Of a stretch of DNA of 64,000 nucleotides, positions 26,531 through 38,992 are shown in pieces. Under the pieces are notes generated by a model that was given only the letters and a program-made list of their open reading frames with translations, was not told where the DNA came from and searched no databases. The translations under genes were made by a program, and so were the position numbers. Position 1 is the stretch's first letter. Each line of letters opens with the position of its first letter. The stretch comes from Octopus bimaculoides (taxonomy: Eukaryota): assembly GCF_001194135.2 (NCBI RefSeq), contig NC_068993.1, positions 20,968,748-21,032,747 of the forward strand, read 5' to 3'.

Positions 26531-26936
26531 ACTATTATATATGTGTGTGTTTATATATATATATATATCAAAAGGATGTGTTATAATACTATTCAACAGC
26601 CATACCAACAATCCAATAATACTATTCCACACATGCAAAAACAGCCATACCAACAATCCAACATACTTCCATCATCAGCTTCCCCACGGATAACATTATG
26701 GTTTCGACACCTGGGCAGTACTATTCAATCTGGTGATGTCAATAGCACAAAAATAAGTGTTATGTGGGAAAAAACAAACAAAATAAACCAAAACTTTCAA
26801 ACACATTTACCCTATGTACAACCGTATCGGTAAATATTTTCAACAAGTAAATTACAACCAACTAAATAAGTAAGTAAACTGCGACAAATTTATTAAGTCA
26901 AGGGAAAAATTTAGTCGTCTCTAATTGTCACTGTGG

Positions 26937-27038
26937 GTGCTGAATAACACCTATATTCCAAGAAATAAGAGTTAAAAACCTTTAATGCAGCGTTAAGGCT
27001 TTTAACTCTTATTGCAATATAGGTACTATTCAGCACCC
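26937..27038. repeat. ~100-bp hairpin
   Basis: gtgctgaataacacctatatt..taagagttaaaaacctt pairs with aaggcttttaactctta..aatataggtactattcagcac. Confidence 0.75.
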
Positions 27039-27852
27039 TCGGTCCCAATTAGCGATGATTAGATGTTTCCTTTATCGTCTAGCTATTTACATTAATTTTA
27101 GTATATACTAGACCAGTTAGGTCACCAATAGTTCAAGCTACCCCAAAAAACAGCGTATCTCGGGAATTCGTGATCTGATTTATGCGAAACTTCTTTTATC
27201 TCGTTTGTATTCATATGAGCATCCTATTTATGATGTCTTCTGCTTTTGTTTCGGTAAATATTTCGTGAAGGACACTTTCGTAACTCGGTGTAAAATAATT
27301 TTTTCCACAGGTTTTTTCGAGGGAATTCAACGTATCTCACCTCGAAACCCACCGCAAGCCACTTTTTTCCGGAAAAGAAAGGAGTAGAGGAGGTGGGAAC
27401 CACGGAGTTTCCTGGGAATCTTCCTGGGAAGTTTCCTGGGAATCTTCCAAACTAAAGTCCCCTTATCGAAATTTATGGAATCATCGTTTGCACTTACGAA
27501 TATTCAAAGTCCCTTCAACATATACTTCTTGCACATTTCTTGCGGTATTTGTTGCACTGTTGCCTTTTTTATGCACATAAAGCATGAAGTGTCTAATGTG
27601 CACTTCTGTGACCTCCATTTTCATGAAGGGATATCAAAGCAACAAATTATTATTTGTCTGTCTGTAAGCTAGAATTTATCTAACTGAAGCTTTCCTTGCT
27701 CTGTGATATTTATGCACCCGTATAAACATCTTGTTTAAACGTGTTAGAGCATGTTTCAACAAGTACGGTCTTAAAAACGACATTACATGATTTATATATA
27801 TACATATGTGCCACATTCTAAATGAAGTACAAATATTCTTTTCATTTTATAG

Positions 27853-27879
27853 GTAGAAAACTAATTCAACGTGCATTGG
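27853..27879 (+). CDS. 27-nt phase 1-1 microexon of the candidate prepropeptide
   Basis: Strong acceptor ttcttttcattttatag and donor gtaaga. In frame with the 17646 exon, giving S-RKLIQRAL-G. Confidence 0.6.
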
Positions 27880-28112
27880 GTAAGAGAAATGCTGCAAGCG
27901 ATAATCAGGGACTCCATTTTGTAATTGGTCCAATTAGCCTGTGCGACAAAAAATTGAAAAACTCTGATGTGAAACTTCCAAAATCAGCCCAAAAAACCAA
28001 TAGTTTCCGTGGTTAATTCTAAACGGCTGTTGGTACGGTTTTCAATAACTGCATTCATTATTGAAGGTAGTTGTTATATATCACAGTATATTGTGCACTT
28101 TTTATAAGACAG

Positions 28113-28166
28113 GAAAGATACATCACTGTCGTAGCCAGAAAGTTACAACGCAAACATTCTTCACCG
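28113..28166 (+). CDS. Possible 54-nt phase 1-1 cassette exon
   Basis: Acceptor actttttataagacag and donor gtaaaa, both weaker. Open in the same frame: (G)KIHHCRSQKVTTQTFFT(G). Confidence 0.35.
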
Positions 28167-28264
28167 GTAAAATTTTTCTGCAAGTTCCATCATTGCAACT
28201 TATGTATATTCGAATACTTATGTATTGTATATCATCATCCTTTCTGCATATATANNNNNNNNNN

Positions 28265-28298
<34 letters not shown>

Positions 28299-28591
28299 GT
28301 CTGCATATTCACGTTGGTGATTATGTACAAACCTTTATATGAATGCATATCACAGGCACACGAACATACTCACACAAAGTGACGCAGTCCCAGATAAAGT
28401 ATGTTTGATGAAATAGTAAAATGGAGGATGAAAAAAGATCATTTGTAGAATTTCAACCTTTACATATGCAAGTAATATATACCTTTCATAAGAAATCCCA
28501 TTTATTCGATTTAATATACACGATCTAATTAAAGAATATTTTCTGGATGGAGTTTATTGTTTGATCTCAATGTTAATTTACTGCCTTAGCT

Positions 28592-28878
28592 ATTGTTGTA
28601 TAGTGAAACTGTTTAACCCTCCCGGTAAAAAGTGGCAGGAGTAAGCCATTATAAATACACAAGCAGCCGGTCGTCAAGAGAGGGTCAAGATTCGAAGAGC
28701 TGAGCGTCGACAGTTCTAGTCAGTCTCTTGTGGAGCTATCAGCGATAGTAAGCCATGAAGAAGTTAGTGTATTACTATTCCGGTACGAAGAGACACAACG
28801 GTATACGATGACTAGTAACTATTGTGGATACTAGCGTAAAACAGCAACTACAGTACAACGGAAGTCACACATTACACC
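28592..28878 (+). mobile_element. Possible solo LTR
   Basis: TG...CA-bounded ~290-bp GC-richer block with an internal tataaata. No TSD found. Confidence 0.25.
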
Positions 28879-29399
28879 AGCAGGAGGAACCCACTTTAAA
28901 ACAGCTATATCTTGAAGATTTTTTAAAAAGATAGTTGTCATTGTTCACTGTCAAAGGAACGTATAGCTTACATTATTTTGTTAAGGTTATTTCTACAGAT
29001 ATTCCATAGAAATTATAGCCAGCACTCATTTTGGCTACAACGTTTCGTATCGTGACGTAAGATGTAAACAAACAATAAGATCGAAGACATATTTCGGGGT
29101 CTTTTGTCCATTCATCAGCACCCATGTAACCCATTCTCGCTTCCGAACACATTGTTTATACAGCCCCAGCTTAGAACGGTGTTAAGTTATTGAATATACC
29201 AATTTACATATTAAACGCATTCCCGTTGTGATTTACCGGTTGCTGCAGATATGTATAAAATTTAGAAGTAAACAAATAAATCCAGAAGACTACTCAAATT
29301 TTGAAGAATATGCACAAAAAGTAATCAATAAATGAGCTGTGAAAGCAAACGGTCTGCAATCCGTAATAATAATCCGTTCTACTAAAGGCCCAAACCTTG

Positions 29400-30105
29400 A
29401 AATTTTGCAGGATGGAACTAGTGGATTACATCGAAACCAGTGTTTCATTAGCACCACGAAAGGTTGAAACGGCAGAATTTGAACTCTCAACGTGTATATT
29501 TCGTCTATAGTCTGATGAATATTTCTGAAGTTCTGTAATTGGTTGTTTCTGTGTTTCTGTGATTTCATGTTGTTGTTGATGCTGCTGCTGTTTTTGAAGT
29601 TGTTGCTATTGTTCTTGTTGTTTTTGTTGGAGTGGTTGTGAATTGAGTTGCAGTTGTGTTTTCAGAATATGTTTTTGTTGATTTCTTGGAATAGGGCTAT
29701 GTACTCTCCCCCACTTTCGCCTACCCCCTTTTGTCACCGTGATCCATTGATCGTTCAGCTCTTCTTTGTCCATGTCATTCTAAGTTGATATTGGTTTGGA
29801 AGGAAGAGCATTCAGAAGAAGCTTGCTTTATCGTGGCAACTGGAGGTAGACTCCTTCTTTGTCTTGGTTTGGGAGTGGGTGTGGGAGTAGGTGTAGGGTT
29901 CTTGAGCACTTGTTTATAATTTTGCACTTGTGGTGTTTGTAATTTCTTTTTACTTGTTTTAGTCACGCTGGAGCACCACCTTTTAGTCGAGCAAATCGAC
30001 CCCAGGACTTATTCTTTGTAAGCCTAGTACTTATTCTATCGGTCTCTTTTTGCCGAACCGCTAAGTTACGGGGATATAAACACGCCAGCAACGATGGTGG
30101 GGGGA

Positions 30106-30159
<54 letters not shown>

Positions 30160-31260
30160 CATATATACGACGGGCTTCTTTCAGTTTCCGTCTACCTAAT
30201 CCACTCACAAGGCTTTGGTCGGCCCGAGGCTATATTGGAAGACACTTGCCCAAGGTGCCACGCAGTGGGACTGAACCCGGAACCATGTGGTTCGTAAGCA
30301 AGCTACTTACCATACAGTCACTCCTACGCCTGGCAGCAGCGGGAGTTTATTTTTTTCTTGTTTCAGGGCAGAAAGCCTTTAAGTGAGTTACTGATCCACA
30401 TATGTGGCATCCTGGCTTTCTACCCTCCACTAAAACCGACAGGTGAGAACCATTTGGAAGATCGAATAGATTGGGCAGCTGGTTCGATATGGTCCTGCTG
30501 ATATTGTAAAGTCGGTTCCATACCTATACCAGACCAGTTTTGTTTAAGTATTTTCTTGACATCCAATACTGTCACTTCGTCTTCTTCTAGACCTTCCAGG
30601 ACGGCCGCCACTAGCCAGGTGATGGATATTTCTGGTGGCACATTCAACACCCTAATCTTGGCAAGACGTTGGCCGCGATAGCTGGGGATTAGGAAGAAGT
30701 TGTCATTCCTCAAAGTGGTCACGGAATGACACCTGGCTTCTTCTTCGTCCCAAATCTCACCTCAGTAGTTCCAAACTTCTTTCCCACACGCTTCCGAAGC
30801 ATTTTTGTATTTTGCTCTCAGGAGCATTTTTCACCTGCCGTGCATCTTAAGATCTTCTCTATCACGTCGGATGGAGGGTTTAAAGTTACCTTTCTACCAT
30901 TCCTTTTTACAATTTACCTTGCCATTTTAAAATCTTCTTGTATGCGGAATTTCTCCTTTTTTTACGCCGCAAACCCAAAAGACGTGGAGGCAATATTCGC
31001 GTTTTAATGCTTCATTTCTTTCGTATTGTTGTTGTTGCTGTTGTTGTTATTGTTGTTGTCACTGTGGCTGCTGTTTCTGTTGTTGTTGTTGCTGTTGCTG
31101 TTGTCGCTGTGGCTACTGTTGCTGTTGTTCTCGTTGTCGACACCGAAAGTTTTAACGTTGCTTAGAGACGAAACATTATTCTCCTCGGTGACGTCATTAA
31201 GTTTAGGTCATTCGATATCTTTGTTCTCATTTTTTTTGACGAGGAACAGGTTCCTGTGTC
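29400..31260 (-). mobile_element. Degraded L1/Tx1-like ORF1, interrupted by a SINE
   Basis: ORF 30420-30722 (IPSYRGQRLAKIRVLNVPPEISITWLVAAVL) has an RRM-like ORF1 character. It is flanked by low-complexity T/Q/K-rich segments on the same strand. Confidence 0.5.
29948..30331 (-). mobile_element. CORE-like tRNA-derived SINE, well preserved
   Basis: Reverse complement ggcgtaggagtgactgtatggtaagtagcttgcttacgaaccacatggttccgggttcagtcccactgcgtggcaccttgggcaagtgtcttc, with internal (TA)/(TG)n. Confidence 0.92.
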
Positions 31261-31545
31261 GAACATTATGATGGCTTCTTTGTCAGCCATCTTTAAATAC
31301 TTAAAGAAAATTGCAAAATATTTGCTCTTGCCGAAAGTAGTTAAAATTCAAAAATTATTCATGTTCACTGCCATCAAAACGGAGTGTTTCTATACAAAAA
31401 TACTATTTGCGCTGTCCAGACAATCTCAGAATTGCAATTGTAACAATAAAAATGATCACACGGGACCTTAGAAAACCGAAAAGATTCTAAACACTTTTTC
31501 AACTTACGGAGCTCTAAATTTCAGTGACTTTACAGTAATAATACA

Positions 31546-31587
<42 letters not shown>

Positions 31588-31590
<3 letters not shown>

Positions 31591-32143
31591 GCCCAGATGC
31601 AGTACCAGGCAGTGGCTCTCATGGCTTTTGATCTTAACTGATTGGAAGTGCTATCATGTACATTGTCTTGTCTTGGTATAAAAGATGGGCTACAGTAAAT
31701 ATTCTGCTTAATACCACAGATTTGCTTGTCAGTTGCTTGACCATAACCAGTTGAGTATGTCCATTAGTGGCTGCCAATGTATGCATCTCTGATCACGAGC
31801 AGAAGTAGTGGGAAGCATCGTAGCCATGTGTTGAGAGGAATTCTTTGGGGTTTGGATAATTCACCTTTGGAAACATGGGTGTTTCGTTCATCATTCTTAA
31901 ACGAATCCTTTTTAGGGATCTATTGAGTGGGATGGGCTACTCAATCTGAAGAAAATTCTAACTGAGCTCCACCTGCAAGGTAATGCGCTGTTTATCCTGA
32001 TATAAGATCACCATGTAGCGCACATGTCGTTATGATGCATGTGCCTGGTGTACCCTTGTTAGATGGGTAGTCATGATTGGTATATTAGGCTTCGTATATT
32101 TCACCCCAGTGTTACTTTGATTGCATGCATTGCTCTCTCACTT
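31588..32143 (+). mobile_element. Non-coding ~550-bp repeat flanked by (TAA)n (element X)
   Basis: Second copy in reverse at 52671-53180. (TAA)n on both sides; no ORF and no obvious tRNA head. Confidence 0.8.
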
Positions 32144-32149
32144 ATAATG

Positions 32150-32262
<113 letters not shown>

Positions 32263-32295
32263 GATGATAATAATAATAATAATAATAATAATAAT

Positions 32296-32330
<35 letters not shown>

Positions 32331-32332
<2 letters not shown>

Positions 32333-32825
32333 TGGTATAAACACACGCCAGAAAAGGTCACAGAAAACGAGAAAGCAACCATACTCTGGGATATGCCAAT
32401 ACACACAGATAGAGAAATTAAGGCAAATAGACCAGATATAGTTGTCAAAGATCATGAAGGAAAAAAATGCCTTCTAATTGATGTTTCNNNNNNNNNNAAG
32501 AAATGGAAAAACTTTCAAAATACAAAGACCTGGAAATAGAGATAACTCGAATGTGGAATCTAAAAACAGAAACAATTCCTATCATAGTAGGTGCCTTAGG
32601 TATAATAAAAAAATATTCAGACAAATACATAACAAAAACACCAGGACTTACAAATATATATAACATACAGAAAATTGCACTACTGGGTACTGCACACATT
32701 CTACGCAAAACACTTTCAATACAGTAAACATAAGAGCACCACAGCAAACCACAACACATACCCAAGGCGCACAGAGCTGCGCTCGGTAGTGAAGTGAAAG
32801 CACGTTATAAAAATAAAACTACTGA
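32331..32825 (+). mobile_element. R4/Dong 3' fragment with (TAA)n tail
   Basis: WYKHTPEKVTENEKATILWDMPIHTDREIKANRPDIVV..IPIIVGALG. Near-identical to the reverse complement of 63676-64000. Confidence 0.92.
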
Positions 32826-32846
32826 ATAATAATAATAATAATAATA

Positions 32847-34240
32847 CTTGTCAGGACAGAAGGCATATGGTTGCTAAGTGGTGAAATGTTGAAAACAATT
32901 CAACCTCGATCCAGCTATAAATACTTGAGAATATTTGAGATAGATGGAACCAAGCACAAACACATGCAGGAAAAGACAAAAAGAGAGTATCTGCAGCGAG
33001 TGAGAAAGATATTGGCTTCAAAGCTGAATGCCAGAAACATAATTTCGGCAATAAACTCGCGCGCAGTCGCAGTAGTTCGGTATGGCGCTGGAATCCTGAA
33101 TTGGACAGAGGAGGAGTTAAAAGAGATGGACAGGATGTCAACAAAGCTCCTAACGATGCATGGAGCCCGTCATCCACGTACAGATACTGATCACCTATGC
33201 ATGCAGAGAGCAAAAGGAGGAACTAGACTGGTAAGTGTGGAAGACTGCGTGTGTATCGAACTCGAGAGCTTGATGAGATACCTAGCCCAAAGTAAGGATA
33301 CATTACTAGTGACAGTTAGGAATGAGGGAGTATTGAAAGTAGAGAAAAAAGGGAAACAAAACAAAGGAAGAAGTACAAAAAGGACATGAAAAAGAATTAG
33401 GCAAGAAGGGACTACAAATCAATTCCATATAGCTACAACAGAAGTTGCTGGAAAAAATAAGTGGGATTGGCTGAAGGAAGGAACACTTGAAAAAGGGACT
33501 GATAGCACTATACTGGCAGCGCAAGACCAAGCCTTGGACACGAACTTGAGGGTCAACCTTAGGAATGAGCAAGTGTCTCCGCTGTGCCGCATCCGCAATA
33601 GTGTGGATGAAACCATTGCCTATGTCACGAACGAATGCCCTAGATTTGCCCAAAAGCACTACAATTTGAGGCGACATGATCAGGTAGCGAAAGTGTTACA
33701 TTGGAACATATGCAAAAAGTTGGGGCTAGAGAGAGACGAGACGTGGTATGAGGACACACCGCAGGGCGTGGCGGAGTCGGCGACTAGCAAAATCCTCTGG
33801 GATTTCCCAATCCAAACAGATCAGATGCTAGAGTATAAAAGACCTGACCTAGTGGTGGTGGACAAGGTGCACCACATGTGCTACATAGTTGATGTTGCAT
33901 GTCCCTTTGATCCATAAATAGTCAAGAAGGAAGGAGAAAAGATAGATAAACCCCTCTTAAGTACGAAATAGCGCGGCTATGGAAAATGAAGGAGGTTAAG
34001 ATAGTGCCAATTATTGTTGGGTTTTTGGGAACAGTACCAGAAGGCATCAAGAGGAATATAAAGGAAATTGGAATAGAGCGCCCAGTAGAAGTGTTACAAA
34101 AGCTTTGCCTCCTTGGCAAATGATCAGGAAAATACTAGATAGCGGAAAAGAAAGGATAGCATGCTACCGTAGGCTGAAGGTAGCAAGCCCGCTACACAAG
34201 CAAGACTCCAGGAGCTCCAGCAAAACCTGTGATAAAGAGA
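32847..34240 (+). mobile_element. R4/Dong-type 3' fragment, second family
   Basis: YKYLRI..AINSRAVAVVRYGAG, zinc-finger-like CRIRNSVDETIAYVTNECP..RRHDQVAKVLHW and RLE RPDLVVVD..VDVACPFD. (TAA)n on both sides. Confidence 0.92.
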
Positions 34241-34274
<34 letters not shown>

Positions 34275-34275
<1 letters not shown>

Positions 34276-35147
34276 CAAACGAACTTAAAAACCAGAAAAA
34301 AGAACAGAATTTATCTGACTGGCAGGAGAAGGCGTTGCATGATAGATTTCCAAAAATACTTTCAGCAAATAGTAGTAGTGAGACATGGTTATGGTTGTAG
34401 AAGGGAAAGCTGAAGAGGGAAATAGAAAGTTTATTAGTAGTTGCACAAGATCAAGCATTAAGGACTAATTGGATAAAAGCCAAAATAGACAAAAATCAAG
34501 TAGATTCCCAATGAAGATTATACAAATCAAAAGAGGAAAGTGTTACTCATACAGTAAGTGAATGTAGCATGCCGGCGCAGAAAGAATACGAGAAAAGACA
34601 TTACAATCTAGGGAGAGCAATCCAGTGGGAGCTGTGTAGAAAGCTAGGATTTGAACATAGTAATAAATTCTATGAACATGAACCTAATAAAGTTCTACAA
34701 TGTAAGAAATATAAGATGTTGTGGGACTTTAACATTCAGACTGACAGAGTAATAGAATGTAGAAGGCCTGATTTGATAGTAGTCGATAAAGAGAATAGAA
34801 AGTGCCAGATAATTAACTTTACAGTCCCAAATGATGATAAAATTAATAGGAGAAGTATAGAAAAAATAGTGAAGTACCAGGACCTACCTATTGAATTACA
34901 GAGACTATGGAAAGTGCGGGCAAAATGTATCCCTGTAGTTATCGGTGCATTAGGAACTATCCCTAATCATCTGAACAGATAGATTGAGGAAATAGGCATA
35001 AAACCCAGTTTTGTAGAGCTGCAGAAAACAGTGTTATTAGGGACAGCTAAGATGTTCTTGGCATCTAAGAGGGTTCTTGGCATCTAAGGCTATTTGTAGC
35101 CTGATGTTAAGATTTTTTTTCCAACAGTCTAATCTGTTGAGTGTATA

Positions 35148-35149
<2 letters not shown>
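34275..35149 (+). mobile_element. R4/Dong-type 3' fragment, third family
   Basis: ORF 34569-34982: KRHYNLGRAIQWELC..LWDFNIQTDRVIECRRPDLIV..IPVVIGALG. (TAA)n on both sides. Confidence 0.92.
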
Positions 35150-35210
<61 letters not shown>

Positions 35211-35705
35211 GTTATTAGAAAAGCGAAAATAGGATATGTACTTGGTGGAATTAAGATAAACCATCTGTTATTGATGGATGATTTTAAGCTATTTGTGAAA
35301 GATGAGCAAAAAAAACTGACAGCTTAACATCTACTACAAACCTGATTAGTCAGGATATTGGGATAAAAGAAATATGGAACTGTAACCTTAAAATGTGGAA
35401 AACTAAGAAAAAGTAGAAGTATTGAGCTTGCAAATGACCAAATGATTAAAGAAGTGCGAGAGGAAGCATACAAGTGTTTGGGAGTCTCTGTGATGGATTA
35501 GATCAAAGAGAAAGAAATGGAGATATTAAAAAAAATAATACATCTCAGGCTGGTGAAACTTACTATCATCTAAACTGAATAGAAGAAATAAGATCAAGGC
35601 AACGAATACAGGGGCTGTGTCTCTCATGCTCAATGGGGCTGAAGTTATTAAATGGAAGAAAAATGAATTAGAAAGTATTGATAGGAAAACGAGGAAATTT
35701 TTGAG
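35211..35705 (+). mobile_element. R4/Dong-type RT/thumb fragment
   Basis: INHLLLMDDFKLF followed by thumb-region remnants; begins after (TAA)n. Confidence 0.75.
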
Positions 35706-36800
35706 ATTGTCAAATTCTTTTATCGAAATATTAAGATCACAAAGGATACTCATGTCGATCAATAAATAGACATAATCATTTTCGTCTTTTGCAACAATAT
35801 CCGGCTTATTAGTCTTGATACTACTGGCGGTATGTAGTGGGAAACCCCAAAGAATTGTTACATTTTCTCCCCTCAGTTACAGTCACAGTTTGGTGCTTTT
35901 ACCACTTGTCAACGGTTTTGATTTTATGATACCGACATATCAACTATTGACCAACTCTGTTATGCCTTGATCTATACTCCTCTGGTGCTAAAACTTTACG
36001 TCCAGAGATTAAGTAGTCTACTTTTTCAATCTCATCATTGCAGAATCGTTATTTTGGATCGACTCCATTTTTCATCACCATGACTTGATTGTTCCGGCTC
36101 AATAAGCTTCGAGATTGAACCACTAAGATGGAGTCTTCGCCCTCTATCTTTAGCTCTGAACTCCGTAGCTACTAATGAGTGTGCTTCTGGTCAACATTAG
36201 CTTGTTTGCTACGGGCCACACATTTGCCAGCCATTTGTTCATGTGCTCTTTTCTTTGCCATTAATTTTATTTTGTTTGCAGCATCAGTTGCCACCCTCGA
36301 CTCATGCTGTCCAGCCTGGTTATCACCCTCGAAATCAATAGCAAATGTTTTGTTCTCCTTCAAGAAATATTGAAGCTTTTTACGATTATCGTGATTTTCA
36401 ACCAGTTTTAGCATCCAATCGTCAGTTGTTTCAAGATATTCGGTCAGTTCAGTTGTGGTAATTTTACAAGAAAGCTCAAACTGGATAAAGTCTTGACCTC
36501 CATCGGCTATGGAAAGGTAAAAAAACGATCCACATCAGCTTTTGGGTGGTGCATCTTATTACAAATTAGAAGTTTACGAACTTTCCTGTCAATTTTTTTC
36601 AACTTTAAGTAACAACTATAAGTAAGCAGCTATAAGTAGCAACAGGAATTGCTAAGGAATTTATGGCAAGAATACTCGAGCTCTCTTATAACATTCCTTC
36701 CTGATCTCTTTTTTCATATTTACATGCTGGATGCTAGAGCCATAATTAATTCCTAGGTTTGTTCTTGCTGAAGTTCTTTTATAACTGTTTCAACATTTAA
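35705..36800 (-). mobile_element. R4/Dong-type C-terminal fragment, opposite strand
   Basis: Minus strand NVTILWGFPLHT..IKTNKPDIVAKDE..LIDMSILCDLNISIKEFD; ORF 36172-36414 covers the post-RT region. Confidence 0.75.
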
Positions 36801-36898
36801 CATCTTACGACAAACGTATACCCAATCTATCCTAAAATGTCAGGACAGCGATATCTCTTAACCCTATCAGAAGTAGAAAGACCATACAAGCAAGCAAG

Positions 36899-37006
<108 letters not shown>

Positions 37007-37083
37007 CACATTGCAACGAATCACTGAATGTCTTCATCCCATATCTCAGTACTTATGGCGTAATATTTTCTTCAATGATTCAG

Positions 37084-37190
37084 GTAAACGTTTCGAAGAA
37101 AGAGCAAATAACGGCAGAAAGTTGATGCAACTCGAACCTGACATGAGGAATCCTCACTGGGGCTCCCAAAATAAGGATAGCCATGGATAA
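37084..37190 (+). CDS. Terminal coding exon of the candidate prepropeptide
   Basis: Acceptor atattttcttcaatgattcag; phase 1 gives (G)KRFEERANNGRKLMQLEPDMRNPHWGSQNKDSHG*. AATAAA follows downstream. Confidence 0.55.
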
Positions 37191-37278
37191 AAGGTGGAGA
37201 TGAATCCCGCAAGTTAAGAAGAAAACTGCTATTAATGACTGTAAAAAAAAAAAAGTTTTGTATTCTTACACAATGGGA

Positions 37279-37284
37279 AATAAA
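37279..37284 (+). terminator. Candidate polyadenylation signal AATAAA
   Basis: 89 nt after the stop at 37190; a second AATAAA at 37474-37479. Confidence 0.4.
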
Positions 37285-37942
37285 ACGAAGGAACAACAAT
37301 GTATGATGTAGTCTTTGTTGTATAAGTTTTAGCCCTCTAACTTAGGAGTTTATAGATATGTATGTATTTGATTCCTTGCATCCGTCCAAAATCTCATGTT
37401 TTGTGTAGAGCTCCGCATTTATATTATTGACTGTAATATATATTTCCAAAAACTTTTCTGATTTATCCCATGGAATAAATGTAGTCCATTTTAACAATAT
37501 TTAACAGTATTTAACAATATTGTCGCCGGAATGCATTCTTTATTTAACGTTATTCAGTTGTCGACTTACTGAACGATTGCTTCATCTTCTCTAATCTAAA
37601 GCATTTCTGTCGCACATCTGATATCCATCAACTTCTGTCTATGATACATTTCAATTTCCTCACCCTAAGCTATATGCAAACATCAGGCTTTCCTTCTTGA
37701 TGTGACAAAAATCTTTCGTAGTAAAAGGAGATGAAAATAATCTACATTTTGAGGATGGGAAGTTTTGTTACGCTAAGAGTTATTTCCCTTCGATCGAGTA
37801 TTATAATATGTCAAAATAAAACTCTAATGCCACGTACTCTGTTGGGGCACATGAGCATAGGATTAATAGGGAGAATAATATTCACATTTCATCACAATCA
37901 CACACACTCATATATATGTATATGTGTATATGTATGTATATA

Positions 37943-37982
<40 letters not shown>

Positions 37983-38544
37983 NNNNNNNNNNNNNNNNNN
38001 NNNNNNNNNNNNNNNNNNNNNNNNNNNNNNNNNNNNNNNNNNNNNNNNNNNNNNNNNNNNNNNNNNNNNNNNNNNNNNNNNNNNNNNNNNNNNNNNNNNN
38101 NNNNNNNNNNNNNNNNNNNNNNNNNNNNNNNNNNNNNNNNNNNNNNNNNNNNNNNNNNNNNNNNNNNNNNNNNNNNNNNNNNNNNNNNNNNNNNNNNNNN
38201 NNNNNNNNNNNNNNNNNNNNNNNNNNNNNNNNNNNNNNNNNNNNNNNNNNNNNNNNNNNNNNNNNNNNNNNNNNNNNNNNNNNNNNNNNNNNNNNNNNNN
38301 NNNNNNNNNNNNNNNNNNNNNNNNNNNNNAGATAATGAGAGTGAAAAAACTACAGAAGGCTTGTGTTACATGGTTAAAGTATATATTTAAATTATGTCAG
38401 AAAAATGTAAGAAAAATGTTAGAAAAATGTTATAAAATCTTTTTGGTATATAAACATTGTATTTTGAGAAATAACCGGTTTCGTGTTGTCTTTTCAAGTT
38501 TCTCTACTTCATTGTGTCGTATACATATATACATCCTTTAAGTG

Positions 38545-38820
38545 TCGATAAAATAAGTTCCAGTTTAGGACTGGGGTCGATGTCATCGACTTACCTCCAT
38601 TCCTATTATTGCTGGCCTTTTGCCAAAATTTGAAACCATTACTAATAAAATTAAAATCGACGAGCAGCAGAATCATTAATGCGCCGGGCAAAATGTTTAG
38701 TGGAATTTTTTCCGGTTCTTTACATTCTGAATTCTAATGGTACCGAGATCGACTTTACCTGTTTGAGCACTGAGATCGATGTAAGCAACTTCCCCCTCCT
38801 CTCACAATTACCGGGCTTGT
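38545..38820. mobile_element. Degraded inverted pair of tRNA-derived SINE fragments
   Basis: Plus-strand head gcagcagaatcattaatgcgccgggcaaaatgtttag (~38662) and a second family fragment immediately upstream. Confidence 0.55.
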
Positions 38821-38992
38821 GCTCGAAATTGAATCTATTGTTAATAATTTTATGATTTCAGTCGTTTTGATTTTATTGCATGGTCTCTTTATTCCAGTCT
38901 TGGGTATTTGTAATATTTTGCCCTGGTTTGGTATTTCCTACTGCATTGAAAGTGAATATCCTTGTCGGTATACCTAGTGATGAAGAATTGTT

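Noticed and set aside
27100-27800. Minus-strand Helitron with a CTAG end near 27110
   Set aside because: No clear subterminal hairpin or matching 5' TC end could be located.
37731-38541. ORFs containing long X runs (also 5038-5250, 13591-14190)
   Set aside because: They are open only because they cross assembly N-gaps.
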